This document shows, in pieces, positions 23,701 to 37,300 of a DNA stretch of 64,000 bases. Origin of the DNA: Bugula neritina. Its lineage: Eukaryota; Animalia; Bryozoa. The first letter of the stretch is position 1. Each line of letters starts with the position of its first letter. The position numbers and the translations under genes are program-made. The notes beneath the pieces are model-generated. The model ran no database searches and was not told where the DNA came from. It worked only from the letters and a program-made list of their open reading frames with translations. The DNA lies in the NCBI GenBank assembly GCA_964035545.1, contig OZ037771.1, forward strand, positions 4,289,628-4,353,627. Reading direction: 5' to 3'.

Positions 23701-25320
23701 CTAATTGTTGTTTCACTTCTTGGGATGAAGGTTTCCCTACAAACAGATCAGTTTTATAAGCTACCTCAATTTTATACTTAAATTGGGCGAAACATGTTGG
23801 TCGAAGTAAAAACCAGAAGTTGATCACATTTTTGCAAAATAAACAAATTCAAACGTTTACAGCTACATATTAAACTTTCAAAAAAAATTACAAAGTAAAC
23901 CAGATATCTAAAACATTTGCTGATATTACAAATGCTTAAAGCAAGTAACTTTTCAAAATTTTGTTTGGCTCATCTTGACATTGCTAAATAAAAATACATT
24001 TTCCATCACAGAACAGACAACTCTCACCTGCATTAGCCTGAGGAACCTGAATGTCCATCTTTTGCTGTGAATCAACTGGGGCGGTATCATCCACATCATC
24101 ATCTGATTGGTTGGACTGTAAACCAGAGGGTGACTGAACAAGTGATAACTGAAGAGTTTCCTTTCCAGCGTGGAACAGATTCTCATTTGACCTAGAGATC
24201 AAGGCTATCTTATCGGAGAGCTCATTCATCTTCTGACGACTTGAGGACAGACGTTTGTGAATGCTCAGGGAGGAGAACTGATTCACTTTCTCACACACAT
24301 TGTAGTTATTCTTATGTTGGTGGAGAATGTTTATGCCACTTGTTGAGGAACTTCTTAGTAATTTATTAGACGACTTTAAGGAATTGTCTACGTCTTCCCC
24401 CGAGCTTAGAGGATGAAAATGTAACCCTGAGGCTTTGAGTAGATCAGGTTGAGAGGATGACAGTCCCTTAGACCAGGCAGATAAGCTATCTCCATTGTAC
24501 GTGGAAGGCAGTGTGCACACTCTATCAATATTCAAATGTAAATGTATTAACTTTTTATGGGTAAAACAACTTGAAAACATTAGAAAACCTAGTTGTGACC
24601 ACAATTTACATTTAAAAACTACCTTTCCCTCAACCTACCATATATCTAAAAGTTAATGATTAACATAAGTATTGTCGAATAAAATGCATTGACTTTTCAA
24701 ATGTTACTAAAACTCTGTTTCCACAATCTCTAGTTTAAAGTTAACTTAATAATTGCCAAGGTATTAAGGTTGGTAGCAAATACTAAGGTAAGTAAAAAGG
24801 TAAATGTTGAAAGTGAGAGTTTACTTTGTAGACTGAGAACTGTTTTCTGGAAGACTTAGACCGAGCTCTGTTAAATTAGTAAGGCTTCTGTTGCATGCCC
24901 GAGGATATTTCTCTCTTAGACTTGTTATGAATGATGACTGCAGATGAGAGTGGACAGGTCTCGCTGTACACACTGAAGCCTCCTTAATAACATAAATTTG
25001 ACAAAATAAAACACAGTCAGACACACGTCATATCCCTGTAAGCTGAAGATTATAACAGTCACCTATCTATAAACTTCTTTAAACACATTGCCAGCTATTA
25101 TATATAAATAGAGAGGCAAGTAGAGGCAAGTCTAGAATGAACACAAATACATGTAGACAAATAATATACAGCTTAGTGTCCTAGCAAATACATATTATAT
25201 AGACAATTACAAGATACTAACACAGGCATATTACATAGACAACTACAAGATACTAACACAGGCATGAATATCAGTAAACATTTAAAATTTATTATTTTAT
25301 CTAATAACTTAACTTACCAT
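17708..25320 (-). CDS. ~1063-aa Ser-rich, largely disordered protein with a C-terminal Par6-like PDZ domain (KIAA1614-like)
   Basis: 14 phase-consistent coding exons: 25320-25318 (ATG), 24982-24825, 24521-24028, 23736-23299, 22967-22697, 22332-22249, 22136-22020, 21838-21210, 20886-20764, 20545-20392, 19793-19659, 19301-19119, 18612-18416, 17913-17708 (3192 nt in total). PDZ: PIGKLLELCADGCKRVQLNKPPHGPYGLYI...YFVTRL...FSGLLAVGDEIKSING...LILKV. The KIAA1614 likeness is from recalled similarity only; the start codon is tentative. Confidence 0.82.
17921..18136. repeat. 24-nt minisatellite, ~9 copies, abutting the acceptor of the last PDZ exon
   Basis: Unit agtacagaccacagtctaaggtat; starts ~6 nt from the acceptor at 17914-17915. 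Confidence 0.92.
21841..22008. repeat. 20-nt minisatellite, ~8 copies, forming nearly all of the 181-nt intron 21839-22019
   Basis: Unit agagtacaaggtaagtgtgt on the + strand. Confidence 0.92.
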
Positions 25321-25849
25321 GACTATAGAGTTTTGATATCTAGTGACGAGATAAAATGCTGTAGTTTTGCCATGCAGCTCATCATTGCGTCATCTGCCAC
25401 AAGGGACTTTCATGGGATGAGTGATCTGCAAAGTAAATTCAGAATTGTCTTCTTTTTTTCAGATAAAACCAGAAAGCTCTGTCAAAATTGTTCAAAATCA
25501 TGAAGTCAACATATTGGTCTAATGCTGAAAGCTTTTGCAACTGCATAACAGTTATATTTAAGCAGCTATATTAAGTAAGGAGAAATTCGATTTTTCAAAT
25601 TCTGAGTAAATTGCTTGAGTCATTTTATAGCTTTTCAATTGTATTCTGCAGCGTATTTGCAGAATACAACTTTTATACTTCATCAACTCATCAAATTTTA
25701 AATACTTTCAAGTGTAGCTTGAAAATAAATTTTCAAGGAACAAGAATTAATTCTAAAAAATAACCAGTGAAGAAAGCTTTTTTATTTTGCATAGACTAAT
25801 AACTTCCCGCAATTAGTGTTATATTTATTCAAATGGTTTATTCTGTAGC

Positions 25850-27520
25850 ATACTCATACTAGTATAACTATTATAATGCAGCTGCACTAACAGCAGCAGT
25901 TAGTATAACTGACCTGTGACTGAATTTAGTGATACCAATAGCCTTAGTGTACTTCAGTTATTTTTTAAACGCATACAGTAGTCAATATTATAGTATTTTA
26001 TATTTCCATGCAAGCTATAACTTCCAAGTTATAGGCTTAATCAAATACTTTAATCACATTTTCAGAAAGTGAAACTATAGACTAAAATAAAAACTAAACT
26101 CAGAATTACTATTAGTATAACTATAAGATTAAGTATCACTGCTAAATTTAAAATTACAATTACTATAAGTATAACTTAAATTATTAGTACTACTATTGGT
26201 ATTACTATTACTAATACTATTAGTATTACTATTAGTATTAAATATTAATGTAATAAATTATAATACTAATAGTTACGAGCTTCAGTTCAACTCCAAGTCC
26301 ATGTATAAACTAAAACTAATCGTATAGAAATAGTAATACTATAGCTATAAGACAATAGCTAATAAATATAAGTATCACTGTAAACTTAGACATAGAGTCA
26401 ACTATTATGATCATTATGATGATAATCACAATCATAATCACTTAATGCCAATCACTTTGAGTTTGAGTTTGAGTCAAACTCAAAGTCATACTCATTGAGT
26501 CATTGTGTAAGCATCAGTATGAATATAAGACTAAGTAATAGAAAACACAGTATTACTAGCATTGCAATTTTACTATTGAAAAAAGCTCTTTTAGAAAAAA
26601 TTAGAAGTGCGGGTAATATCAATTTGCTACTTCAAGCAATTGAGCACCATAATATTACTAGGGGTGTGGACCTATAAAAAAGTATAGCAAGTAAAGCGTC
26701 ACCCATTTTGTTGTTTATACTAGAGACAACCGGCAATAGTAATATACAACACATATAATATATATATTTTGAATATTTTTATTTATTTTTAAAAATATAA
26801 TTTTATCAAAAATTGAAATAATTAGTTTTAATATCAAACAAAAATGAAGTTTACCAAATTGTCGTTTACAAGGAACTAGTTTTATAAATATGTAAACAAT
26901 ATTTTTATAGGTAACAACGTGATTGTGACAAGTTACGTTTAGACGTTGGAGCAATTAGTGTAACTTACTGCTCATTAGTCTTAAACTTGGTCTTTGAGTT
27001 TTATAATGAGACTGTTCACATTCTAACTCGCGTCAGTTTGATTTTTAAGCACTATATTTGTGTGCTAAAGTGTATTGAGTTTAAATATTTGAACTCTAGT
27101 CTCCAGGTTAACTTTAAGTTTAACTTTAACTCATCATCATCATAGTTTAAGTTTAAGGCTTAGCCTAAGCCTTAGGCTTAAGCCTAGCCCTAAGCCTAAG
27201 GCTAAAGTATCACTGTCACTGTGAGTGTGAGTATAACTATTAGTATTACTCTATTACTCAATACGACTATTATTATTAGTATTAGTATAACTATAGGTAT
27301 CAGTATGAGCTTTGAGTATTACTATTACTGTATTAGTATTACTATCAGCAAATAAGTATTACTATTAGAGTATTAGTATTAGTATTACTATTAGTATAAA
27401 TGTAACTATAAAATTATCATTAGGTATAACCGTATAAGTATCACTATTAGTATTAGTCAATTATAAGTTGTATGCCAAGAACTGAAGAAGTCGTATAACT
27501 ATAGCCATAGTATTTGTTTG
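25850..27520. repeat. Patchy period-6 degenerate microsatellite in the divergent (head-to-head) intergenic region
   Basis: Runs such as agtatt-actatt-agtatt, agtatc-actgtc-actgtg-agtgtg, agtttg-agtttg and aggctt-agccta. Confidence 0.65.
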
Positions 27521-28330
27521 ATAATATATCTATAAGCAGCATATTTGTGTGTTGAAGTGTACTTAGCTTAAATATTTTGACTTGGAATTTTAGCAATATT
27601 CTTATTTTAGTGCTGGGTTTACTACATTCAATATAATTTATATTTTCGTTGGCTTGTACTTGGTCTCATATTAATATTCGCCACAACATTGAGTTCAACA
27701 GTAAGTGACAACTGATATTGCATTAAAATTTAGAAACAAATATTACAAGAGTATTTAGTTTTGGTCACCTGCTCTAATTTAAATATCAACTAGTACTAAA
27801 ACTTGCTTGCTTTAACTTTTATTCATTAATTTTAAGCCTACTTGCTAACTATAATATGTATTATTATTAAAAATTAATGTTATGCTGTTATTCATGTTAT
27901 TATCCTTTTTGTTGTTACTATTTTTAACATTACTTTTTTGTATAAAATTAAGTGTTTTAAGTAGAAAAAAAGTTACCGATTGGTGAACTTAACTTAATAT
28001 AGCAAAGCTTTCCTTTGATCTCAGGTTTATTATGTCTACCACTGATTATTTTTGTTAATTATTTTTATTTTGATAATTACAAAATTAATAATTATTAATT
28101 AACTTGCTAATTTACACTCAAATGAAAGCCTTTTTTCCAATTTCAAAAAATTGTTCAATTAAATTAAATATACTGTGTGGTCCAAAGTTTGTACTATTAT
28201 ATTCTGAAAATATTTAATGATGCAATGGTTTGTTTTCTTACTCATTTCATTACTTATTATATTATTTTTTTATCATTGTGATGTATTTTAGGTGTTTCTC
28301 CAATCCGCAACAGATTACTAGTAATCCACA

Positions 28331-31300
28331 ATGAAGTTTGCCGAACACTTATCTGCACATATTACTCCCGAGTGGAGGAAACAGTACATTGAGTACGAGG
28401 TGAGTCAATTTGAAAACATAACTTTGAAATATTTTATTCCTTTACTCTCTACAAAATATCTAACTTTGAAATATTTTAGTTTTTATCACTCCATATCAAC
28501 AATACACAGTAATTAACTTGGTAATATTTTAGTTTTCAACATGTTGTATCACCTGCAAGTGTCCCGTTACTACTCACTACAGGGTATAATTTTTAATTAG
28601 GTGTGGATTGAGTTTAAAGCCTCAATCTTTAGTTTTGATTCTGTATTCTGGTTGGATATACTGATAGCAGCCTCTCTTAAAACATTCCATCTCCTGTAGA
28701 ATTTCTTCTTGTATGCGTTTAAAACTCTTGCCATTGTGTTTTACTTTCAATTTGGTTAACCATGAAGCAGTTTGTTAAGTAAAGTTGGTCTTGAAATTTA
28801 TTTTAAGGAATATCTTAATGATCATTTTATGAACTGAATTTGACTCAAACACCACTCCATGTGTCAACATTGAGTTTTTTGTGGCAAACTAGACTTTGAT
28901 GTATTTATAGATCCAGCAGGCTGTAGTTTTGGAAACTTAAAGTTAAATATATGCAATGGCCTTTTGGCTCTCTCACACTAATGTGCATTTCACAGGTTTC
29001 TATGTATATACTGTTTAGTGAAGTGAGCCAGTATAACACCACGCAATTACCTCGATTTTCAGTTTAAATTGAAGAGACGTGTAACCTCTCTATTCACTAC
29101 AAAAGGGTGTGTTTTTGAATAATAATGATAATGCACACTGTAGTTTTTATGGGTTGGACTTTTAATGTTAGTTTTTAATGACTGTTTGGTAATTGAAGTG
29201 AAGAATAGGAATCCCTATCGTCTTTGGTGTGCTGAGTCTAATTATAAATATGGTACATTTACAGTTGTGATGGAGAGTATTGAAATTGGAATATTTCATT
29301 TTTTCAAATTGGATGTAAATTTTCCTGATTACTGCTGTTATAGTTAACCAGTTTTTTAGTGATATGGAAAGCTACGAGTAACCAAAGCCATGGAAACATC
29401 ATTTGGGTTTGCCGGGATTATGAATGTGTTGAAGTATTGTTATTAATGATTGCTGAGAAATTACATAACACTGTGTTTCTTGTTTCTGAAGTGGTTTTAA
29501 AAAGGTTGGGATTTTAGCCACAAATCTATATTTTATAGAAGATGAAGGAGATGCTGTATGAGGCGCTAGAAACTGCCCCCAGTGTGGAAGGTTAGTCAAC
29601 CATTGCATACAGTTTTCTGGTTAAAAGTATTAAACTCTTAAGTCTGTAAAAGGAGAGAGTTTGTACCTTCCTCTATTTAGTTATAATGAGGGTTCGTACC
29701 CTCAGAGGTTACTCCTTCCATGTGACTTAGTCGGCGCATTTATTAATAGTTTTAATATATTGAAATCTTGAAAACCAGTATTCTTGGAGGTAGGTGCAGT
29801 AATGGAGAAATTGAGAAAAGATTAGATTAGAAATATAGCAAAAAATTCTGTTCTTACAAGAATTTCAACCCTCCTCAAACTAAAATTTAGAAAGAAATTT
29901 AAAGAACTTAAGGCCTGGCCTCACGCATGAAAACACAAACGTACGATCAAATTTGAGGGAATTCAAACGAAAAAGCGCAATTAACGATAAGCACCATTTG
30001 ATTGGTCAATAGAATTTTAGCAACAGTAATTATTGCATTCCTACCACGTTTCTCTGTTTGGCAATTTTCTGCTGTTTGTATCTCGTGCAAGACTCATTCA
30101 CAGACTATTTATTATGTGTTTCGTTCAATGAGCTGGTCATAACGAGAGGATAACTCACGAAAATTGTCACATTGTCACTTGAGTTTCGTGTGAGGCCAGG
30201 CCTTTAGGCTATTCTCCGCTACTGCACCTAAATTTTCCTGTTCCCAGATCAACCCTGTGAGTGACTGGGTTTATATAGTAACTATAGGGTCAGACCTGGT
30301 AATATGTGGAGGTAGAAAGCTGTTTGCAGTTTTTCTTTCATAAGTAAGAGAAATGGTCGTACTCTGTACTTTCCTTCATTTTATATCATGAATAATGTGA
30401 ATGTGTGGCAAAGCAGGCTGTGTGAACATCATTGTATTGCATGGGTGTGACACAAAGTGATTACATCACATCTACCTTCCTGTATGCTATTATGTAATAC
30501 ACAGAAGTAGGTGAGAATAATATATAATAATGTATGTATATGCAATATATTTGAGAAAGTATGTTTACTATGGTCTGTAATCTGTATTATAAGTGTTTAT
30601 GATAGGTATTATAGTGCTCCCTCCATATCTCACTCTTCCATTTCTCATAGGTTATGAGAAGAACTTGAACCCTTGTGTTGTGGCTGATGTATTTGTGTAT
30701 AGGGACAAAATGTCTGAATTTAACAGATCCATGAGTTAAATATGGTATTCTACTATGTCATGAATTGAGGTTTTGGAATCTGCAGCTTAGTGAGATACGG
30801 AGGGAGCACTGTAATAGTAACTATTATCAAGTAGCTTAGTATAATGAGCTATGTAGCGCCTTAGCCTTGGCTCATCTCTATATACATTCGGGTTTTATAT
30901 ATAAAGTGTGTGCGTAGAGCTGCAGATCAGTACCTCAGTTTTAGTTGTGGCCCAAATTTAGCCTGGGCTGAATTCTGACTCAGTTTTACACAAAAATATT
31001 GCCTGCAATGTTTAAGGTCATGCCTATAATTCGAGTGTAAAGCTAGAAAATTACCAAAATAATGGTAAACCCTTCAGCTAGTCATCATTCAGTAGGTATA
31101 GATGTGTTAAGCCTGGGTTTCAAAGAGTTTAATCTTCTAGTAATTAATGCTTACCTCACCCCCACCCAATCTGTGAATTTTAATAATCTTTTAGACTGTG
31201 CTATGGCTATGCCAGATTATAATGATATATTGCATATTAGCACTAAAACTAGTATAAATTGTAATAAATATATTTATATTTCAGCTATACATCATTTTAA

Positions 31301-34300
31301 TGTAGTAATTGTACTAATTAGGAGTTAGACATGATCAGTTATAATATATTTATAAATGGTTTTATATTTAATGCTCCACAATATGGTACAATTAGTTGCA
31401 TTTTATTATGTTACATCACATTAGATTTAAAAAATTGTATAATTTCATATAATATTTTCATATATAACATTGTATCAAATATAAGAATTATGTAGAATTT
31501 AATACAATGTTATATATTACAATACTACAATATGTCTTATTGGTTATAGACAAATATTACTATTACAACCACTAATTACATTATGTTTATTGATATGCTG
31601 CGAATAGAAAGTTTATTAAATTAGTTTAAATGTTAAATAATTGAATTTAACCAAAATGAAAATGAAAAAATGAAAAACTGGGTATTCATGTAACAGAGAT
31701 GCATTGGAGTGAGTTTTAGTTGTGGGGCAGTTGCATGTGGTTTTCAACATGGGGTGTATGCTATGGTTTATGCTGTGATGAATACAATAGAAAACTAGTT
31801 CTTAGTCTACATACTAACAAAACCTATCCACCAGGGCTTCTCACAGCGATGTTTACTACAAACCTGCGTGAGTTTGAGATGACTATGAGTTGAATGCTAA
31901 GTATAAATGTTACAAGCACTACAAACATCAATTTCTCTATTAGATGTTTAGAAACAGTTGCATCAAAACCATAAGCTCGTGCAAACTGCAACCACAAATT
32001 GAGAATCATAATAGAATGAGAATCATAATGGAAGCACGTTGGATATGAAGTTCAGCGAAAGAACTAGTGGGATTGGTTGTCTATTAATGGTTTATAATAG
32101 CCCTATTAGCTCTACTTATGAGCAACAAGTTATTGATGATAATTTCCTCGTGATTTATAGGTTGATGTGTTACAGTTAGCGACCCAGTGTAGACACCTGG
32201 CATCTAAACTCAGGATTTATTTATATATATACATATCCTGTTGATTTCACCATAAAATCTGAGTTATGGCCTTTAACAACCAAACAACTATTTACCGTAT
32301 ACTTCATTTTATGCAATGTAATCATAACGGATTGATAAAACTGAACTGTAAAGACGTAATCAATTTTCGGATTAAAAATTCTGGATGCTTCTAAATACTT
32401 ATTGCAAAAAGTAAAAACATTCTTCAGGTTAATTTTAATGACATGTTGGCAAAATAAGCTACCTGGTTTATGGCTGAATTTGGCAGCGTTAAAAGCTTTC
32501 TCATCTTGCCTACAAGGAAGATATAACATTGATATCATTTTTCGTAATCAATTAGTTTCATTCAAATATAGTCAATATAACCCGAGACACAATTCATTTG
32601 ATAAATTCTTAGTCTCAATGAGCACAAAGTATTTAAAGAAACATCCAGGCATAATTTTCGAACAGGTTTTTTCTTTCTTTTGTAAGGAGACCTTTCCAGG
32701 CTCAAGTTCTACCTTACAGACTATATCTACTTTATTTTAGATAGTGTTACAAATATCTTTAAATGCTACAATATACCAAGTGCTGCAACCAATCATCTCA
32801 TTGCTGTATAAAGTGCACAGATATCAAAAAATAGTTCGGGTTTCTGATCATTTTTGTGTCTTGAATATCAAAAACATTTTCACGATACAAATGTTTGATG
32901 ATCTGTGCAGCTTCTAGTCTGAATTTATTTCCTTAATCAAGTCTGTGACAAATATTCATATTCTGAAGACTTTTGCAAACAATGCATTTATGTCAAAGTT
33001 GGTGCAAAGTGTGAAACACTGAGCTAATCTACACAATCTGTTTTCTGTAAATATTAGTTCTACACTCTACAGTCTCATTTAATGATATGACAAATGCTCA
33101 CTCATTTATGTGGTTTAATGATTGAATAAAATGTATGTAGTGTTAAGGCTATAGCTTTTATTCAAGAACTTATATACCCAGAACATTGGCATTTTTCTCA
33201 AATTATTGAGTCAAAATAGTCTCTATCTTTCAGTTTGCATAACAGTATTGAAATTTTGTACAGTTTTTTGAACTGGTTTTTTTGGATGACACATTAATGG
33301 TTCAGAAAAGTTTTGGTTTAAAAAAGTTTTGAGAGTTACTTTAAGCTGTGGGAAAACTTTGCTTTTAAAAACTCACACTCTATTTAGATTTACCTAACGA
33401 TATTCTTTGGAACTGTTACTTTTCATTTATCAATTTATGTCTCTCTATTTCAGAAACAGACCCAGCTTTCAGGGAAAGGCACCTCACGAAATTTAGAGAA
33501 AATTTCTTCAGATTCTGTGATCTTGAACTTAAAAAAATTAATATTTTCTTTTCAGGTAATAATAGTCTATTTACCAGTATTAATATGTGTTGAGTATGTA
33601 TACAAAACTTTACACTTAGTACGCTTGCATATTTCCCTCGGTGTGAATATAAATATTTTCGATAATGTGAGTGTAATCACTTAGTATAGCTTGATTATGA
33701 TGAACATGAACACTTTATGCTGTATCATAATTATGAAAGCCTTCTGTAGTAATTTTATTTCATCTCCAAGTGTTGAAAAGAGTGAGAAGATTTATGGATC
33801 CAATGCACCAGCTTTTCATCTCTTTCGATGTATATCTACAGTTAATCTTGTTCCAGTTGTCAATCACCATGACCATAACAGTTAGGGCTGCGTAGTTGCT
33901 ACCAGCTACCACTTCTGGTGTTATTTATAGAGAAGTTGGCAGAGTCCACCAGAAAATTGGCAAGTCTCAAATCTGATTTAGACCAGTTGATAGACAAACA
34001 CCATGATGGGCCGGGCCAATCCTCTAAGAAGAAAAAGGTGACCTAAATTCAGTAGTTATATTAAGGGTTTTAGTTTCTGGTTTAGGACAGTATCTACTAG
34101 AATGTTCTTGTGAAGTTTACCAATAACTTCTAGGTGTTTCCAATACTCTAATTCATGTCAAAACGTTTTTAAAGGTTCGGAGCTTCTGGAAATTATTTCT
34201 AATAAACTTTCAGTGTTGACATACAAATATAATAAACATTAGAAATTATGAATCTGACACTTTGACATAAAATTTTGGAAAGCTCTATGTCATTGTCAAA

Positions 34301-37300
34301 CACCTCCAACAAACATTCAAAGTTTTGATATATATTAACCATTAAAATTAAGCATTCTGACACTTGACAAGATTTCAAGGTCTCCGAGACCTTGTCCAAC
34401 TGTTGAACTTCGGTTTGTCTATATTACAGCAATCGTAGACTTGGTAATCTAACAGAAGAATGAGAGCTTATTGTTTTGCCAAGGCTAAAACTCTCAACTT
34501 CAGCTGTGTAAACTGTCATCATCCATTTTTATCATATCACAACTGTAAGCAATGACCAGTTTCAACAAATACACAGGTTTCTGTAATACTCAGGTGTCAT
34601 TATTCACACAGGTGTCAGCCGTTATACAGGTGTCATTATTCACTCAGGTATTAACAAGAATGGGTTTGTAAGCTTACTAATTTATTTCTTTGCAGGTGTT
34701 TAGCAGCGGAACACACCATGACCTCAAACTGGCCTACAGCGAGTTCTACTTGAACCTTATTCTCGTTCAGAATTATCAAACACTAAACTTTACTGGTTTT
34801 AGAAAAATATTGAAAAAACATGACAAGGTAATTATTTAATGTTCAACTTGTGGCTTTCCTTTAAAGTTCAGGACCATAAAAATTTTTTGTAACTTTAGAA
34901 AACTCTTTGAAATATTTTCTCAGGTCTTGGACCCGACAACTCCATGACTAATCATTTTACATCTGATGGATCAAAGCCCCCCCCCCCCCCCCAGAAAATA
35001 TTTTACTGTTTTATTTAGGAAAATGCTTTTAGTTGCTACTTTTATGACGGAGTAAAAACAGTGGCTCTGCCTGTGGTGTGGGTGGAGGATCATGTTCTGG
35101 TTAGGGACATAGTATTCCGTAGCAGACTTTAAAGTTTATTGAAAGAAACGTTTATCTTGAGTTTTAAATCTCTGTATGCTGTATAAACATTATTAAATTT
35201 CTACTTTTATTTCTACAAAAAGTTGAAAAACTGAAACTGTGCATATTATTGTACTAATTGCACTTTTTATTCCGTATCCAAGCAGGCTTAGTGTCTGGAC
35301 TCTTTAACTTAGATATGTATTATCCTAGAGTGCGATTGTACATGTTGTTTATATATATGTGTTTTATGTAGTGTATTTTGTCCACTTTTCTACAGTTGTT
35401 TGACACAAAGTCCGGTGCAGAGTGGAGACAATCTAAAGTTGAGACTAGTTTGTTTTTCACGAGTAGAGATGTTGATGGGGCTATTGAGCAAGTGGAGGTA
35501 ACTTTTAAACTTAACTCATTCACAGTAGTGTAGTAAATACAATGCTTATTGCATATTGTAATCATATTTGTAGTAAGTATTATTTTATACTGCATAATAT
35601 GTTTGAGTATTATATACTCTATGTAGACATTGCGCACTGCATGTTATATATCTATGAGTATTTCTATTATATAAAGTGATTACTGTAAACTGCACATAAT
35701 ATAGGTAGGTTTGAAGAGTTGCCTACCCAACACATTATAACAGTTCTTTCATGACATTTTATTTGGCATCCGTTGATAGTCATCTGTTTTATTATCAACT
35801 GAGCTCTGATTCTAGTGATATTTAGAATATTCTATATACAAATTTCAATAATTATTACTTTGAATTTATTATATAACTTATTCTAAAATTATTTTCAATG
35901 AATTATAGTTTTAATTTATGTCACATTATAATGTGCTAGATGTGAATGGATGTAATGTTTGAGATAGTGAGTTGACATACATATAATTGGTAATATGATA
36001 TTTTCTACCATATTATATGATATAATATGATGTGGTATAATATGGTATGATTATACTGTGATATATGATATGACATGCTGTGATATATAATAAGATAATA
36101 ACATGCTGTGATATATAATGATATAATAACATGCTGTGATATATAATAATATGATAACATGCTGTGATATATAATAATATGATAACATGCTGTAATATAT
36201 TGTGATATAATATACTGTCAGAACATAGTGACAGCTGAGTTGGAAGGCGGAGACAGAGGAAAAGCTATGAAAAGGTTACGAGTTCCCCCTCTGGGAGAGA
36301 CGCAGAATCCTCTCACCACCTTCAGGGTGGGCCTCTTCCTCGGGATTGCCATCGTCTTGATTCTGATTGCAGTTGTTGCTGGTGAGTCCTTTAGTCTGAT
36401 CTCTTTACTTCATTGTGTGTCTGTAAGTCTCTTTGTATCTGATGTTTGATAAGCCATTTCTTTGAGTAAACGTGGTTGAGCTCCTTAGCATGTTCTTCAT
36501 ACACCAGTATAAACTGTTGGCTTTTTTAAAGATCATTTAATTAGAAATTATTTCCTTTAACCTCTAAACAAGGTCATTAGATAGTATTTATCATCTGTTT
36601 GAATAGCTCAATGAATCTTATAATTAATATCATTCCAATTGTTTTATGAATCTGTAAAGCTGAATACATTATTATGAAGTGACAATTATTGTAATTATAT
36701 ATTGCAAACACCTTTGTCAATTATTTTGAATAAAAATATATTTAATGTAACATTTGTAATGATATTACTGTTTCAGCCTTTTACGTAACTCTGCCAATTT
36801 CATGGCAACATACCATACGGTTATTTCGAGGTCCAATGCTGATAATTCTTTTCTGCTTCCTCATTGGTGGGAATACATACGGCTGGAGAACATCTGGTGT
36901 GAATCATGTGCTGATATTCGAACTAGATCCGCGCCACCATCTCACATACCAACAGTTTCTGGAGGTACCAAAGTACTCACTATTCTCTACGTATTATCTT
37001 ACTATTCTCTACGTATTATTTTACTATTCTCTATGTATTATCTCTCTATTCTCTACGTATTATCTCACTATTCTCTACGTATTATATCTCACTATTCTCT
37101 ACGTATTATCTTACTATTCTCTACGTATTATTTTACTATTCTCTATGTATTATCTCTCTATTCTCTACGTATTATCTCACTATTCTCTATGTATTATTTC
37201 ACTACTCTCTACGTATTATTTTACTATTCTCTACGTATTACCTTACTATTCTCTATGTATTATCTCACTATTCTCTATGTATTATTTCACTACTCTCTAC

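Noticed and set aside
31800-33300. Possible decayed transposase (hAT-like CxxH) on the - strand in XPR1 intron 2
   Set aside because: Only fragmentary hints, with no TIR/TSD or continuous ORF; it needs a translated HMM search.
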